DNA of 64,000 nucleotides from Verrucomicrobiota bacterium (GTDB lineage Bacteria > Verrucomicrobiota > Verrucomicrobiia > Opitutales > Seribacteraceae), in NCBI GenBank assembly GCA_036164015.1, contig JAYZJX010000088.1, forward strand, positions 2,670-66,669, read 5' to 3'. Below the pieces are notes generated by a model that was given only the letters and a program-made list of their open reading frames with translations, searched no databases and was not told the origin of the DNA. Below are positions 28,988 to 38,540 of the stretch, one piece after another. A program made the translations under genes and the position numbers. The first letter of the stretch is position 1, and each line of letters opens with the position of its first letter.

Positions 28988-30034
28988 ATGAAATTATTTG
29001 TATCAAGAAATGGTCAAACTTTTGGACCATACTCTTTAGGACAAGCAAAGGATTTTCTTGCTGCTAATCAATTGTTATCGACTGATTATGCTTTGATTGA
29101 GGGGACTAATGAATGGAAGCCTCTGAAGGAAGTTATTGAGAATACAGAAGCACCAAAAATTTCACAAGATCCTCCAGATAACCAAGTTCAAAATAAGGAA
29201 AACCTTTTAGATCCTGAGATCAAAGTTGATTCTTCCAAAATGGAGGAACCTGAAGGTGAAATTTCCAAGCAAAAGAAGCCTGCAAAGCCAGCCGCCAAAG
29301 TAGCAAAAATAAAAAAAGGAAAAGGTGGCCAGATTATTGTAGTTGCCCAAGAAAAGAGCTTTTTATCCAAGATTATTTCCACCATTTTTGTTTTAATTTT
29401 TCTATTCCTCCTTGCAATAGGTGCCATTGTTGGAGCCTACTTTGCAATGCCTTCAAAGATGGGGCCAATTTTCGCAAGGTTTGGAATTGAATTGGATGGT
29501 AATTCGAATGGATCCTCATCTACGGAAGTAGTTGATGAAGAGACCAAAAATCCAGGTGAGATCATGCTGAGTGAAGATGCATGGAACACTTTAAGATCTT
29601 CTGGTATAAAAATTTTACCTATTGTTGGAAAGAAAGGAGTACAGGTAATTTCTTCGGTTGATCCAGAACTTGCCATGAAGGATGAAGATTTGGAAAAGTT
29701 ATTAATTATTGCCCCTCATATTATCTCATTGGATCTGACTGATTCAAAAATAACGAACATTGGAATCGATTCCATTTGTAAGATGTCTAATCTAAATAAA
29801 CTTCTCTTAGAAGGTGTTGAGGGAATTAATGCGGATAGTCTAAGTAAGCTCAAATCACTCCCGAAGCTAGAACACCTGAATCTTATACGAGTTAAATTAG
29901 AAGCCGCTGCTATCGATTCTCTGATTTCAATTGAATCTTTACGAGAGGTTTATCTTTTTGATTCCGGCCTTGCAGAGGAAGAAATAACTAAATTAAAGAG
30001 TGCCAGACCAAAAGTTTTTGTAAATTCAGGTTAA
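28988..30034 (+). CDS. GYF_2 (DUF4339)-like N-terminal domain, single TM, C-terminal leucine-rich repeats
   Basis: FVSRNGQTFGPYSL...ALIEGTNEWKPL; TM IFVLIFLFLLAIGAIVGAYF; LDLTDSKIT, LNKLLL, LEHLNL, LREVYL. Confidence 0.8.
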   Translation: MKLFVSRNGQTFGPYSLGQAKDFLAANQLLSTDYALIEGTNEWKPLKEVIENTEAPKISQDPPDNQVQNKENLLDPEIKVDSSKMEEPEGEISKQKKPAKPAAKVAKIKKGKGGQIIVVAQEKSFLSKIISTIFVLIFLFLLAIGAIVGAYFAMPSKMGPIFARFGIELDGNSNGSSSTEVVDEETKNPGEIMLSEDAWNTLRSSGIKILPIVGKKGVQVISSVDPELAMKDEDLEKLLIIAPHIISLDLTDSKITNIGIDSICKMSNLNKLLLEGVEGINADSLSKLKSLPKLEHLNLIRVKLEAAAIDSLISIESLREVYLFDSGLAEEEITKLKSARPKVFVNSG

Positions 30035-30684
30035 GCTTTTCTGGCATTAATTTTCGATCGGCGATTAGGAAAGCAAGTTTTGCAAATCACGCATTGCAAT
30101 CCATAACAGGTATGGGCTTGGCAGAGCTCCCGAGCGTAGTAAATAATTTGAAGATGTAATTGATTCCATCTTTCATTTGGAAAATGTCTCTTTAGATCTT
30201 TCTCTGTCTGAGTTACGCTTTTACCACTCGTCAATTTCCATCGTTGAGCAAGTCGGTGAATATGAGTATCCACAGGAAAAGAGGGATGTCCAAATGCCTG
30301 AGACATGACAACGGAAGCAGTTTTGTGTCCAACGCCCGGCAGTTCTTCCAATGTTTCAAATGTATTGGGTACCGAACCATCATACTTCTCAACTAATATT
30401 TGAGAAAGTCCATGAATGGCGTTAGCTTTTCTTGGAGCCAAGCCGCAGGGTCGGACAATAGCATTGATTTTATCGACGCTTTGGGAAGCCATTTTTTTTG
30501 GGGTGTCAGCCAATCGAAAAAGACCGGGAGTCACTTTATTGACTCGAGCATCCGTACATTGGGCGGACAAAAGAACTGCAATCAATAAGGTAAAGGGATC
30601 CGAATGGTCCAAAGGAATTGGGGGATTCGGATACAACTCATCTAATTTTTTGTCAATGAATTCGATACGTTCCTTAAGTTTCAT
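30031..30684 (-). CDS. nth: Endonuclease III
   Basis: LLIAVLLSAQCTD, LPGVGHKTA (HhH), VDTHIHR, C-terminal Cys cluster; ATG at 30684. Confidence 0.95.
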   Translation of the reverse strand: MKLKERIEFIDKKLDELYPNPPIPLDHSDPFTLLIAVLLSAQCTDARVNKVTPGLFRLADTPKKMASQSVDKINAIVRPCGLAPRKANAIHGLSQILVEKYDGSVPNTFETLEELPGVGHKTASVVMSQAFGHPSFPVDTHIHRLAQRWKLTSGKSVTQTEKDLKRHFPNERWNQLHLQIIYYARELCQAHTCYGLQCVICKTCFPNRRSKINARKA

Positions 30685-30813
30685 TTTACACCGCAAATAG
30701 AATGAATATTTAGAAGAGGTATTTGGATGTTGTTTGATTATTCGAACACATCCATAATTGAATGAAAAGAAATTTCTTTTATTTAAAGTTAATACAATTC
30801 CGCCGCCTGAGAT

Positions 30814-30828
30814 GAGACAATATGTCTC
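30814..30828. promoter_or_regulatory. Palindrome GAGACA-ATA-TGTCTC between divergent nth and clpB (candidate activator site)
   Basis: Perfect 6 bp inverted repeat ~110-120 bp upstream of the putative sigma54 promoter. Confidence 0.4.
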
Positions 30829-30933
30829 TATCTTGGGGTTTGTCGGGGGCTTTTGTCCCTTCATGTAAGCATACCATAGATAAAAAAACGGCTTTGTATC
30901 GCAGAAATACGATGTTTTGTACTAAAATGAAAA

Positions 30934-30949
30934 CGGAATGAATCTTGCA
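30934..30949 (+). promoter_or_regulatory. Putative sigma54 (-24/-12) promoter of clpB
   Basis: CGGAATGAATCTTGCA = GG-N10-GC with TTGCA, matching TGGCAC-N5-TTGCW spacing. Confidence 0.5.
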
Positions 30950-30960
30950 AAACTAAGGAT

Positions 30961-33558
30961 ATGAATATTGATCCCGAAAAATTTACTGAGCTTGGAATCT
31001 CTGCAATTCGGGAAATGGCGGAGGTCGCCAAGCGGAATGGTCAACAGGAAGTGGAAGTTTGGCATTTACTTTCCGCCCTCATGTCACAAGAGAATGGAAT
31101 TGTGCCCGCCCTCATGGAAGAAATGGGAATTGGTACAGCTCCTGTGCAACTCGCCCTTCAACGTGAGCTTAAAAACCTTCCTAAAATTGCAGGTGATGTT
31201 AACACGGCACGCTCCTATGCATCTGCTAGTCTAACCGAGGCAGTGGAAAAAGGGCAGGCTATATCGAAGGAAATGCAGGATGATTACATTAGCACCGAGC
31301 ACTTACTTCTTGGACTTGCTAGTGTGGGTAAGCCCTCTACTTTCAAGCAATTTTTTAAAAACTTTGAACTTACGGAGAAAAAGATCAGGAAAACATTGGA
31401 AAGTCTTCGAGGAGGACAAAAAGTAACTTCTAAGACTCCGGAGAATTCATTCCGGGCTTTAAAGAAGTATGGAATCGATTTGGTTGAGCAGGCAAAATCC
31501 GGAAAATTGGATCCAGTTATCGGTCGTGATTCTGAAATTCGTCGGGTAATCAGAATCCTTTCTAGAAAAACCAAGAATAATCCTGTGCTTATTGGTGAAC
31601 CTGGAGTAGGGAAGACCGCCATTGTTGAGGGGCTTGCCCAAAGAATTGTTCGGGGCGATGTGCCCGAAGGGCTTAAGGATAAAACAATTTTTACTTTGGA
31701 GATGGGGTCTCTTCTCGCCGGAGCTAAATTTCGAGGAGAATTCGAAGAACGCTTAAAAGCTGTACTCTCTGAAGTGAGTAAAGCGGAAGGAAGAATTGTC
31801 CTGTTCATCGATGAAATGCATACCATTGTTGGTGCCGGCAAAGCTGAGGGAGCGATTGATGCGGGTAATATGCTTAAACCTATGCTTGCTCGTGGTGAGC
31901 TTCATTGCATTGGAGCCACCACTTTGAATGAATATCGACAAAACATCGAAAAGGATGCCGCACTAGAGAGACGCTTCCAAACTGTACTAGTCGATCAACC
32001 CAATGTTGAAGATACTATTTCGATTCTTCGCGGTCTTCGAGACCGCTTCGAAATCCATCATGGAGTCAATATTCGCGACGAAGCATTGGTCAATGCAGCA
32101 GTTCTTTCTAATCGTTATATTTCTGACCGTTTTCTCCCGGATAAAGCGATAGATTTGGTGGATGAAGCCTGTGCTATGATTCGGACTGAACTCGATAGCA
32201 TGCCGGCTGAGCTCGATGAGATAAGCAGAAGAGTACTTCAGCTCGAAATCGAGGAAACCGCACTTAAACAGGAGAAAGATAAATCCAGCAAGGACCGACT
32301 CGAAGCATTACGAAAGGATTTGGGAAATGCCAGGGACAAAATGGAAACCATTAAGCGGCAATGGGAAAACGAAAGGAAGGGAATTGATGATGTTCGTGTA
32401 CTTCGTGAACAAATCGAATCCACCCGTGCTGAGATGGAACGAGCTGAACGTGCCTATGATTTGAATCTAGTTGCTGAATTAAAACATGGAAAACTTCCCA
32501 ATTTGGAGACGGAACTTGAAAAACTCGAGAAGGCAGAGAAAAAAGATGATTCTATTCTTAAGGAGGAAGTCACCGCCGAGGAAATTGCGGATATTGTAGC
32601 ACGTTGGACAGGCGTTCCTGTAGCTAAATTAATCGAAGGTGAACGCGAAAAGCTTCTTCGCCTCCAAAATATTTTACATGAACGGGTGATTGGACAGGAC
32701 GAGGCAGTGGATGCCGTATCCGAAGCAATTATGCGAGCACGTGCAGGAATCAAAGATCCAAACCGTCCGATTGGTTCCTTTTTATTTCTCGGACCGACAG
32801 GAGTCGGAAAGACCGAACTTGCCAAGACACTGGCGGAGAGCCTTTTCGATAGCGAAAACAATGTCGTTCGTATCGATATGTCCGAGTATATGGAGAAGCA
32901 CTCCGTAGCCCGCCTAATTGGTGCACCTCCAGGGTATATCGGGTATGAAGAAGGGGGGCAACTAACAGAGGCTGTTCGTCGTAAGCCTTACTCGGTTATT
33001 CTTTTCGACGAGATCGAAAAAGCTCACCCGGATGTTTTCAATGTTCTTCTCCAATTGATGGATGATGGACGTCTAACTGATTCTCAGGGTCGTACTGTGG
33101 ACTTTAAGAATGTGGTTGTCATTATGACTTCCAATGTGGGAAGTCGTTATTTGCAGGACAACTTAATGGAAAATGAAATATCTGAATCTGCCCGCGAATC
33201 TGTCATGGCAGATCTAAGAGATCATTTCCGTCCCGAATTTCTCAATCGAATTGATGATACTGTTCTTTTTAAACCACTCTCACTTGAAGAAATTACTGAG
33301 ATTGTAAATCTCTTGCTGAGTGCCCTCAATATGAGACTTGAAGACCGTAAGGTCTCGGTCGTCTTCTCCGACCCAGCCAAGAAATGGATTGGGGAAAAGG
33401 GATATGATCCGACTTATGGTGCGCGTCCTTTGAAGAGATTTTTACAGAAACAAGTGGAGACTCAGCTTGCTAGGGCACTGGTGTCTGGTGAAGTGGAAGA
33501 GGGAAGTGAAGTTACTTTTTTCGTTAAAGATGACGAATTGGTGATGAAAGTAAATTAA
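30961..33558 (+). CDS. clpB: Chaperone ClpB
   Basis: Two AAA modules ([16 protein letters not shown]), long coiled-coil M-domain, [23 protein letters not shown]. Confidence 0.98.
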   Translation: MNIDPEKFTELGISAIREMAEVAKRNGQQEVEVWHLLSALMSQENGIVPALMEEMGIGTAPVQLALQRELKNLPKIAGDVNTARSYASASLTEAVEKGQAISKEMQDDYISTEHLLLGLASVGKPSTFKQFFKNFELTEKKIRKTLESLRGGQKVTSKTPENSFRALKKYGIDLVEQAKSGKLDPVIGRDSEIRRVIRILSRKTKNNPVLIGEPGVGKTAIVEGLAQRIVRGDVPEGLKDKTIFTLEMGSLLAGAKFRGEFEERLKAVLSEVSKAEGRIVLFIDEMHTIVGAGKAEGAIDAGNMLKPMLARGELHCIGATTLNEYRQNIEKDAALERRFQTVLVDQPNVEDTISILRGLRDRFEIHHGVNIRDEALVNAAVLSNRYISDRFLPDKAIDLVDEACAMIRTELDSMPAELDEISRRVLQLEIEETALKQEKDKSSKDRLEALRKDLGNARDKMETIKRQWENERKGIDDVRVLREQIESTRAEMERAERAYDLNLVAELKHGKLPNLETELEKLEKAEKKDDSILKEEVTAEEIADIVARWTGVPVAKLIEGEREKLLRLQNILHERVIGQDEAVDAVSEAIMRARAGIKDPNRPIGSFLFLGPTGVGKTELAKTLAESLFDSENNVVRIDMSEYMEKHSVARLIGAPPGYIGYEEGGQLTEAVRRKPYSVILFDEIEKAHPDVFNVLLQLMDDGRLTDSQGRTVDFKNVVVIMTSNVGSRYLQDNLMENEISESARESVMADLRDHFRPEFLNRIDDTVLFKPLSLEEITEIVNLLLSALNMRLEDRKVSVVFSDPAKKWIGEKGYDPTYGARPLKRFLQKQVETQLARALVSGEVEEGSEVTFFVKDDELVMKVN

Positions 33559-33597
33559 GATTTATTTGTTAACTAATACTGCTCCAAAATCCTAAAA

Positions 33598-36450
33598 TTA
33601 TTGGGAAATTTTATTTCTTTCAGTATTATTTGTTATTTCATTATTCAACATCTGCCATTTTAAATAGCGTTGATTCTTATGATTCTCATATTGACTTCTA
33701 TCAAAAGAGAAATTCAAGGCCTTTAAGAGGTTGATTCCTTTTTCCTTTCCGTATTTTCGATGAACTATGATTGATTTTCCGTCAGGGAAAAACCTGGCGA
33801 AATCACACCTGCCAAAGTTGAGTGAAAGAAGTTCATCTCCTTTTTTTGCATCCCAGATTCTTATTGTATCATCATTGCTGGTAGTAATAATTCTCTGCCC
33901 ATCCGATGAATAGTACGCACTATTTACACTAGACAAATGTCCCTTTAGTGCGAATTTGACTCTGCCTGAATTTGGGTTCCATGTTTTAGCTATTTTTGAG
34001 TATCTGGATGTGCTTAGAACATTTTTCCCATCTGGAGAGAATGTCAGGCTGTTCAGTGCATTTGGACCAACTGAAATTATTTTTAGTTTATCAAGATCCC
34101 AGACAATTGTTTTTTGGTTTTCATCACATGTTACTAATTTTTCTCCTTTAGGATCAAAGGATGCCAGAATAACAGAGTCATCATGTTGTAGAGTGGTTAT
34201 CTGTTTTGAAGATTCAGCATCCCAAATAATAACCGATTTATCTGCACTTGTGGTAGCAATCATTTTACCATCAGGAGAAAATGTAGCGAAATTAACTTTT
34301 TTTTGGTGACCTCTAAGCGTGTAAATAATTTTCCTGTCCTTAATATTCCAAAGGCAAGACGTCATATCATCACTAACGGAAATAAATCTCTCTCCACATG
34401 GAGAAAAGGAGGTAAAATTAATCTGTGCTGAGTGTCCTTCAGAAAAAGATAAAACTTTTAGATTTTTCTTTGCGTCCCATAGATCAATTTCTTTTCCCTT
34501 CTTGCCAACAAGTAAAATCATTGAGTTATCAGGGGAAACTGAAGCTTCGCGAACATAAGGGTTGGGTTCCAAATTAAGGATATTATTATCTGGTTGTCTT
34601 GCCCAAACGCGAATCCTGCCATCCTGACTTGTGGTTAAAAATCTTTTATTGTCCGGATGAAAATCAATGCCTGTTAAGGAAAGAGCATGAGTACGGGTAT
34701 TGCTGATTAATTGCTTCTTCCAGTTATCCCATAATTGAACTGTTCCATCTGAGCAGGCAGTCGCAAGAAAATTTCCATTAGGGGAGTAAGAAGCCGTTAC
34801 AAGGTCTTTAAATTGCCCCGAGGTTTGATAGGAAAACTCTTGATTTATAGGATCCCAAAAAATTAATGATCTCATTGAGTTAGTAGAAAATATATTTCCA
34901 CCTTTGGGTGCGTAAATTGAGAACAGCACATTGGCTCTTTCGTTATGAATAGGAAATGTTTGAGTGTTTCCTCCAGCTAAATGTGTGATGTTAAAGGTTC
35001 CTCGGCTATGTGAAGTCACCATTTTTGTTTCATTGGGAGAAAAATCAAAATAATTGAGACGGGTATCAGGAAATAAAATTTCTCTTAGCTCTTTACCATT
35101 TTTAAGATCATAAAAACTGACCGCTCCATTGTTTGTTCCAATCGCTATTTGCTTACCTTTCCCAAAATAAGAAATATGAACAATCTTATCTTTTTTATCA
35201 TTGGATAGAGAGATACTAGGATATTCTTCTCCCGATTCAACTGCCCAGATTCTTACGGGACCATAATCTGGAGATGATATGAATGTAGATCCATCTGGTG
35301 AGAAAGCAACTTTACGAAAAATGGTTTTCCCCTCATTAAATGACTTAATAATTTTCCCTGTTGCAGTATGCCAGATTTTAATCTGACCACCTGAGCCAGC
35401 TGCTAGAAACTTCTTGCCGTCGGGTGAAAAAACTCCGGATTCTACATGTCCACTGTGAAAATATTCCTCTTTCTCATGAAGATTAACTGTAAGCAATGAG
35501 CGGTCGGCGTCTAGGATGAGACGGCCCCATTCCCAATTTCTGAATTTTGGATTTGTATTCCATAAGATATTCTCGGCAGTTACAATGTCACCTTGATTAA
35601 TTTTGGAGTTTGCCAGGTTTATTTGGTAAACATAAGACTTCCACTCTGCTTCTCTCTGCAATTGAGAAGAAATATATTGAGCGCGTTCTGCTTTTTCCCT
35701 TTGGAAAGATTCTTCATCGCGTGCTTTTTCAGCAACAATTTGTGCAGAAATTGCATTAATTTTTTGCTTCTCTGCTTCTGTTTGCTGTTCCAGTGCACGC
35801 AAAGTTAAGGCTGACATAATCGCAACCAGGGCGAGGGAAAATGTACTTAGCCCTAGAAGTTTCTTTTGGTTGCGAGCGAGGTCACGTTGTTTAAGTTGAT
35901 CGAACCCAACGCCGATGAGGCCTGCAATCAATTTAATGATCGCGTTTTTCTTCCCATCCCTCTCATCACGACAATCCGCTGCAATCGGTTCAATTGGATT
36001 TGAAGTTAGATTACCATCTTTATCGATTTCATACCTGACTGCGTCGGGAAAGCATTCCTGTGGATCAGGGCGACCAGTTTCTGAGATATTTGGAATGCCT
36101 CCTATGATGAAACAGAAAATGTTGCCAGACCTACCAAGCTGTTTGAAATATTTTATCTCTTCATTAACCCATTTTGATTTGGCAGAATTTGGAGAGCAAA
36201 TAACGATTAAATGGGACGATTCTTCCAGTGCATTTTTAATGACACTTGCAAGTTCATTAGCCGTGGGCAATTCTTCACGATCCCGAAAAATTGGGTATAA
36301 CCGTTTCTGAATTTCCCCTGATTGAGTTTTCTTTCCTACAAGACTCCTCGGTATACGATAGGTTTCAAGTTTCTTATGCAACCAATCAACCGCCTTTTTG
36401 TCATGGTGCGAATAACTAATGAAAGCTTTATATTTGAAAGACTTGGGCAT
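33598..36450 (-). CDS. TIR domain - TM helix - coiled coil - WD40 repeat protein
   Basis: AFISYSHHD...IFRDREEL...LIVICSPNSAKSKWVNEEI (TIR_2); hydrophobic LLGLSTFSLALVAIMSALTL; roughly a dozen or more GH...FSPDG...WD repeats. Confidence 0.9.
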   Translation of the reverse strand: MPKSFKYKAFISYSHHDKKAVDWLHKKLETYRIPRSLVGKKTQSGEIQKRLYPIFRDREELPTANELASVIKNALEESSHLIVICSPNSAKSKWVNEEIKYFKQLGRSGNIFCFIIGGIPNISETGRPDPQECFPDAVRYEIDKDGNLTSNPIEPIAADCRDERDGKKNAIIKLIAGLIGVGFDQLKQRDLARNQKKLLGLSTFSLALVAIMSALTLRALEQQTEAEKQKINAISAQIVAEKARDEESFQREKAERAQYISSQLQREAEWKSYVYQINLANSKINQGDIVTAENILWNTNPKFRNWEWGRLILDADRSLLTVNLHEKEEYFHSGHVESGVFSPDGKKFLAAGSGGQIKIWHTATGKIIKSFNEGKTIFRKVAFSPDGSTFISSPDYGPVRIWAVESGEEYPSISLSNDKKDKIVHISYFGKGKQIAIGTNNGAVSFYDLKNGKELREILFPDTRLNYFDFSPNETKMVTSHSRGTFNITHLAGGNTQTFPIHNERANVLFSIYAPKGGNIFSTNSMRSLIFWDPINQEFSYQTSGQFKDLVTASYSPNGNFLATACSDGTVQLWDNWKKQLISNTRTHALSLTGIDFHPDNKRFLTTSQDGRIRVWARQPDNNILNLEPNPYVREASVSPDNSMILLVGKKGKEIDLWDAKKNLKVLSFSEGHSAQINFTSFSPCGERFISVSDDMTSCLWNIKDRKIIYTLRGHQKKVNFATFSPDGKMIATTSADKSVIIWDAESSKQITTLQHDDSVILASFDPKGEKLVTCDENQKTIVWDLDKLKIISVGPNALNSLTFSPDGKNVLSTSRYSKIAKTWNPNSGRVKFALKGHLSSVNSAYYSSDGQRIITTSNDDTIRIWDAKKGDELLSLNFGRCDFARFFPDGKSIIVHRKYGKEKGINLLKALNFSFDRSQYENHKNQRYLKWQMLNNEITNNTERNKISQ

Positions 36451-36510
36451 AGAGGGGCTTTTGGAATAATGAAACTCAAAGTAAAACCGCAGATCAAGAA
36501 AATTGCTTTA

Positions 36511-37908
36511 TTAAAGAAGGTCGTGGATAGATCTGTCGATTACCCTCTTATTGATAAATAGAAAAACAATTGCATAAAGTACCAAGAAGAAAATAGTGTT
36601 TGGAGAAACTAATTCATTGATTGTTATTCCAATCTCTCTTGCTCGTTCAATGATAATTGATTTACCACTTAATCCAACGACTAATGTTAGGATTAGGATA
36701 ACAAAAAATAAGCGAGTAAAGCTAGCAAAGAAAACTTGGCTGATTTGTTGATTTGAAAATCCGAGCAGTAGAAGATTGCGAGCATGTTCTGCAGACTTAG
36801 CAATTACGAGTCGGTAACTGCTGGCGAAGGTGGCAATGGAAAGAAGGGAGAGAAGAGTACCTATTCCAATAACTCCAATAAAGAGTCCAATAAGTACTTT
36901 TTTGATTAAATCCTGCTTGGGAAATTCACGATTGAGTTCATATCCTTGATCCTTGATAAATTGGAGAAGGGCAGGGGATGGACTGTCCACCACTTCAAGA
37001 ATAATCCGGGAAGGCTGTATCTCTTTATCCAGAATTCGAGTAATCGATGAAATTGGAGATCGATCGGCGGGGTTGTTGAGTGGAGAGACTTCCCAAGATG
37101 CAAAACCGGGTTCGTTTTTCATCTCTAGGATTTGCTCTCTTGAATGGGGAGGACCATCAATAGCACCCTCTTTCCAGAGAAAATAAAAATCTCCACTGTC
37201 TGGTTGTCCAAATCTTTTGTTTGCCCAGGTAAGAAAGCTTTCTGGGACGAGTACGCTGTTTATTCGCTTACTAAAAGCGACAAAGCGACCATCCAGAGTG
37301 GCTTCCCGATTTTTGCCGATAAAGACTTCAATAGGCATACCAGTGGCGGCTTCGTTGGAGAGAGATGGATATTCTACTCGTGAGGGAGCGAGTCCGAAAT
37401 TCCACAGGTCGAGGTAAAACTTTGGTACCATGATGGGAATCAGCGAGGAGTTTTCTTCCCAATCCCATTCTTCGGGAATGAAGTCGAGGAATTCATCAGG
37501 AATGGATTCAAAGAACAAATCAGTTTTAGCGGCGGCCCCCAGACCAATCTTTCCTGTTGGCCAGATATACAAAGTAAGCGGAAATTGATTGCGTGTGAAT
37601 CCTCCAATTCGTTTGACTCCATCAAGATTGCGAATGTTATCTAACTCCTCCTTAGAAAAGGATTCTTCTTTTTTACCCAAATTTACCAAAGCTCCGCCTT
37701 CCACTTTTTTGTTAATTGTAAAATAATTTTTGGGTCCTTCGTTTTCTTTCAGATAACTTTGAGCATCCTGATACAACTGGAGGGCAAGTAATAGGAGAGT
37801 TGTTCCAATTAGGCATCCCAGAGAAGCAATTATCAATTCCTTGCGGGGACTTGTAACTTGTAAGCAAGTTTGAAGGATGGATTTGTTAAAAGATGGTTTC
37901 ACAATCAC
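36511..37908 (-). CDS. FtsX/MacB-like ABC transporter permease
   Basis: One N-terminal TM, large periplasmic domain, three C-terminal TMs with LLLLGFS motif; overlaps the ATPase stop. Confidence 0.75.
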   Translation of the reverse strand: MIVKPSFNKSILQTCLQVTSPRKELIIASLGCLIGTTLLLLALQLYQDAQSYLKENEGPKNYFTINKKVEGGALVNLGKKEESFSKEELDNIRNLDGVKRIGGFTRNQFPLTLYIWPTGKIGLGAAAKTDLFFESIPDEFLDFIPEEWDWEENSSLIPIMVPKFYLDLWNFGLAPSRVEYPSLSNEAATGMPIEVFIGKNREATLDGRFVAFSKRINSVLVPESFLTWANKRFGQPDSGDFYFLWKEGAIDGPPHSREQILEMKNEPGFASWEVSPLNNPADRSPISSITRILDKEIQPSRIILEVVDSPSPALLQFIKDQGYELNREFPKQDLIKKVLIGLFIGVIGIGTLLSLLSIATFASSYRLVIAKSAEHARNLLLLGFSNQQISQVFFASFTRLFFVILILTLVVGLSGKSIIIERAREIGITINELVSPNTIFFLVLYAIVFLFINKRVIDRSIHDLL

Positions 37909-38540
37909 AAGGAGATTTGTTGATCGAAGGAAAGGGCGGGAGATGAACCGAGAGAGGAGAGGATTAAGCCGGCATTATTGGCTTTGATAACTTCTTGAAT
38001 CAATCGGGAGGCATACTGTTGATTTTCTTCGTCCAAATGGCTGAAGGGTTCGTCGAGCAACAGTAGGCGAAAAGGTTTTCGAAGAGCCCGAATGATTGCA
38101 ATTCGCTGTCGTTGTCCATGAGAGAGCGTGAACACCGATTGATCCAGACAGTTCTCGACCCCTAATTGAGCGGTCATTTCTTCAATAGATGGACTGGAAG
38201 CATTTACTTCCGGAATCAGTTGCAGGTTTTGTCGGGCCGTTAAATGTTGGAAGAGTCGGAGGTCCTGGAAAACCATGGATATGGATTGTTTTCTCAAATT
38301 TTCCCATTCTTGGTAGGAGTGTTTGCGGATGTTGTTTTCATCAATCAAAAGTTTTCCGGAATAGTCCTTCCGTAATCCGTAAATTATATGGAGTAGGGTG
38401 GATTTACCCATGCCGGATTGAGCGGAAACAAGAATATTGGAATTTGTTTCGAAACGAAGATTCGTTCCCCAAACTTTGGAAGCCTCCACAATTTTTTGGG
38501 GAATTGGTTCAGGAATAAGGTTTTGAAGCTCAATTAACAT
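37905..38540 (-). CDS. ABC transporter ATP-binding protein
   Basis: Walker A AQSGMGKST, Q-loop VFQD, signature LSHGQRQR, Walker B LLLDEPF. Confidence 0.9.
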   Translation of the reverse strand: MLIELQNLIPEPIPQKIVEASKVWGTNLRFETNSNILVSAQSGMGKSTLLHIIYGLRKDYSGKLLIDENNIRKHSYQEWENLRKQSISMVFQDLRLFQHLTARQNLQLIPEVNASSPSIEEMTAQLGVENCLDQSVFTLSHGQRQRIAIIRALRKPFRLLLLDEPFSHLDEENQQYASRLIQEVIKANNAGLILSSLGSSPALSFDQQISL

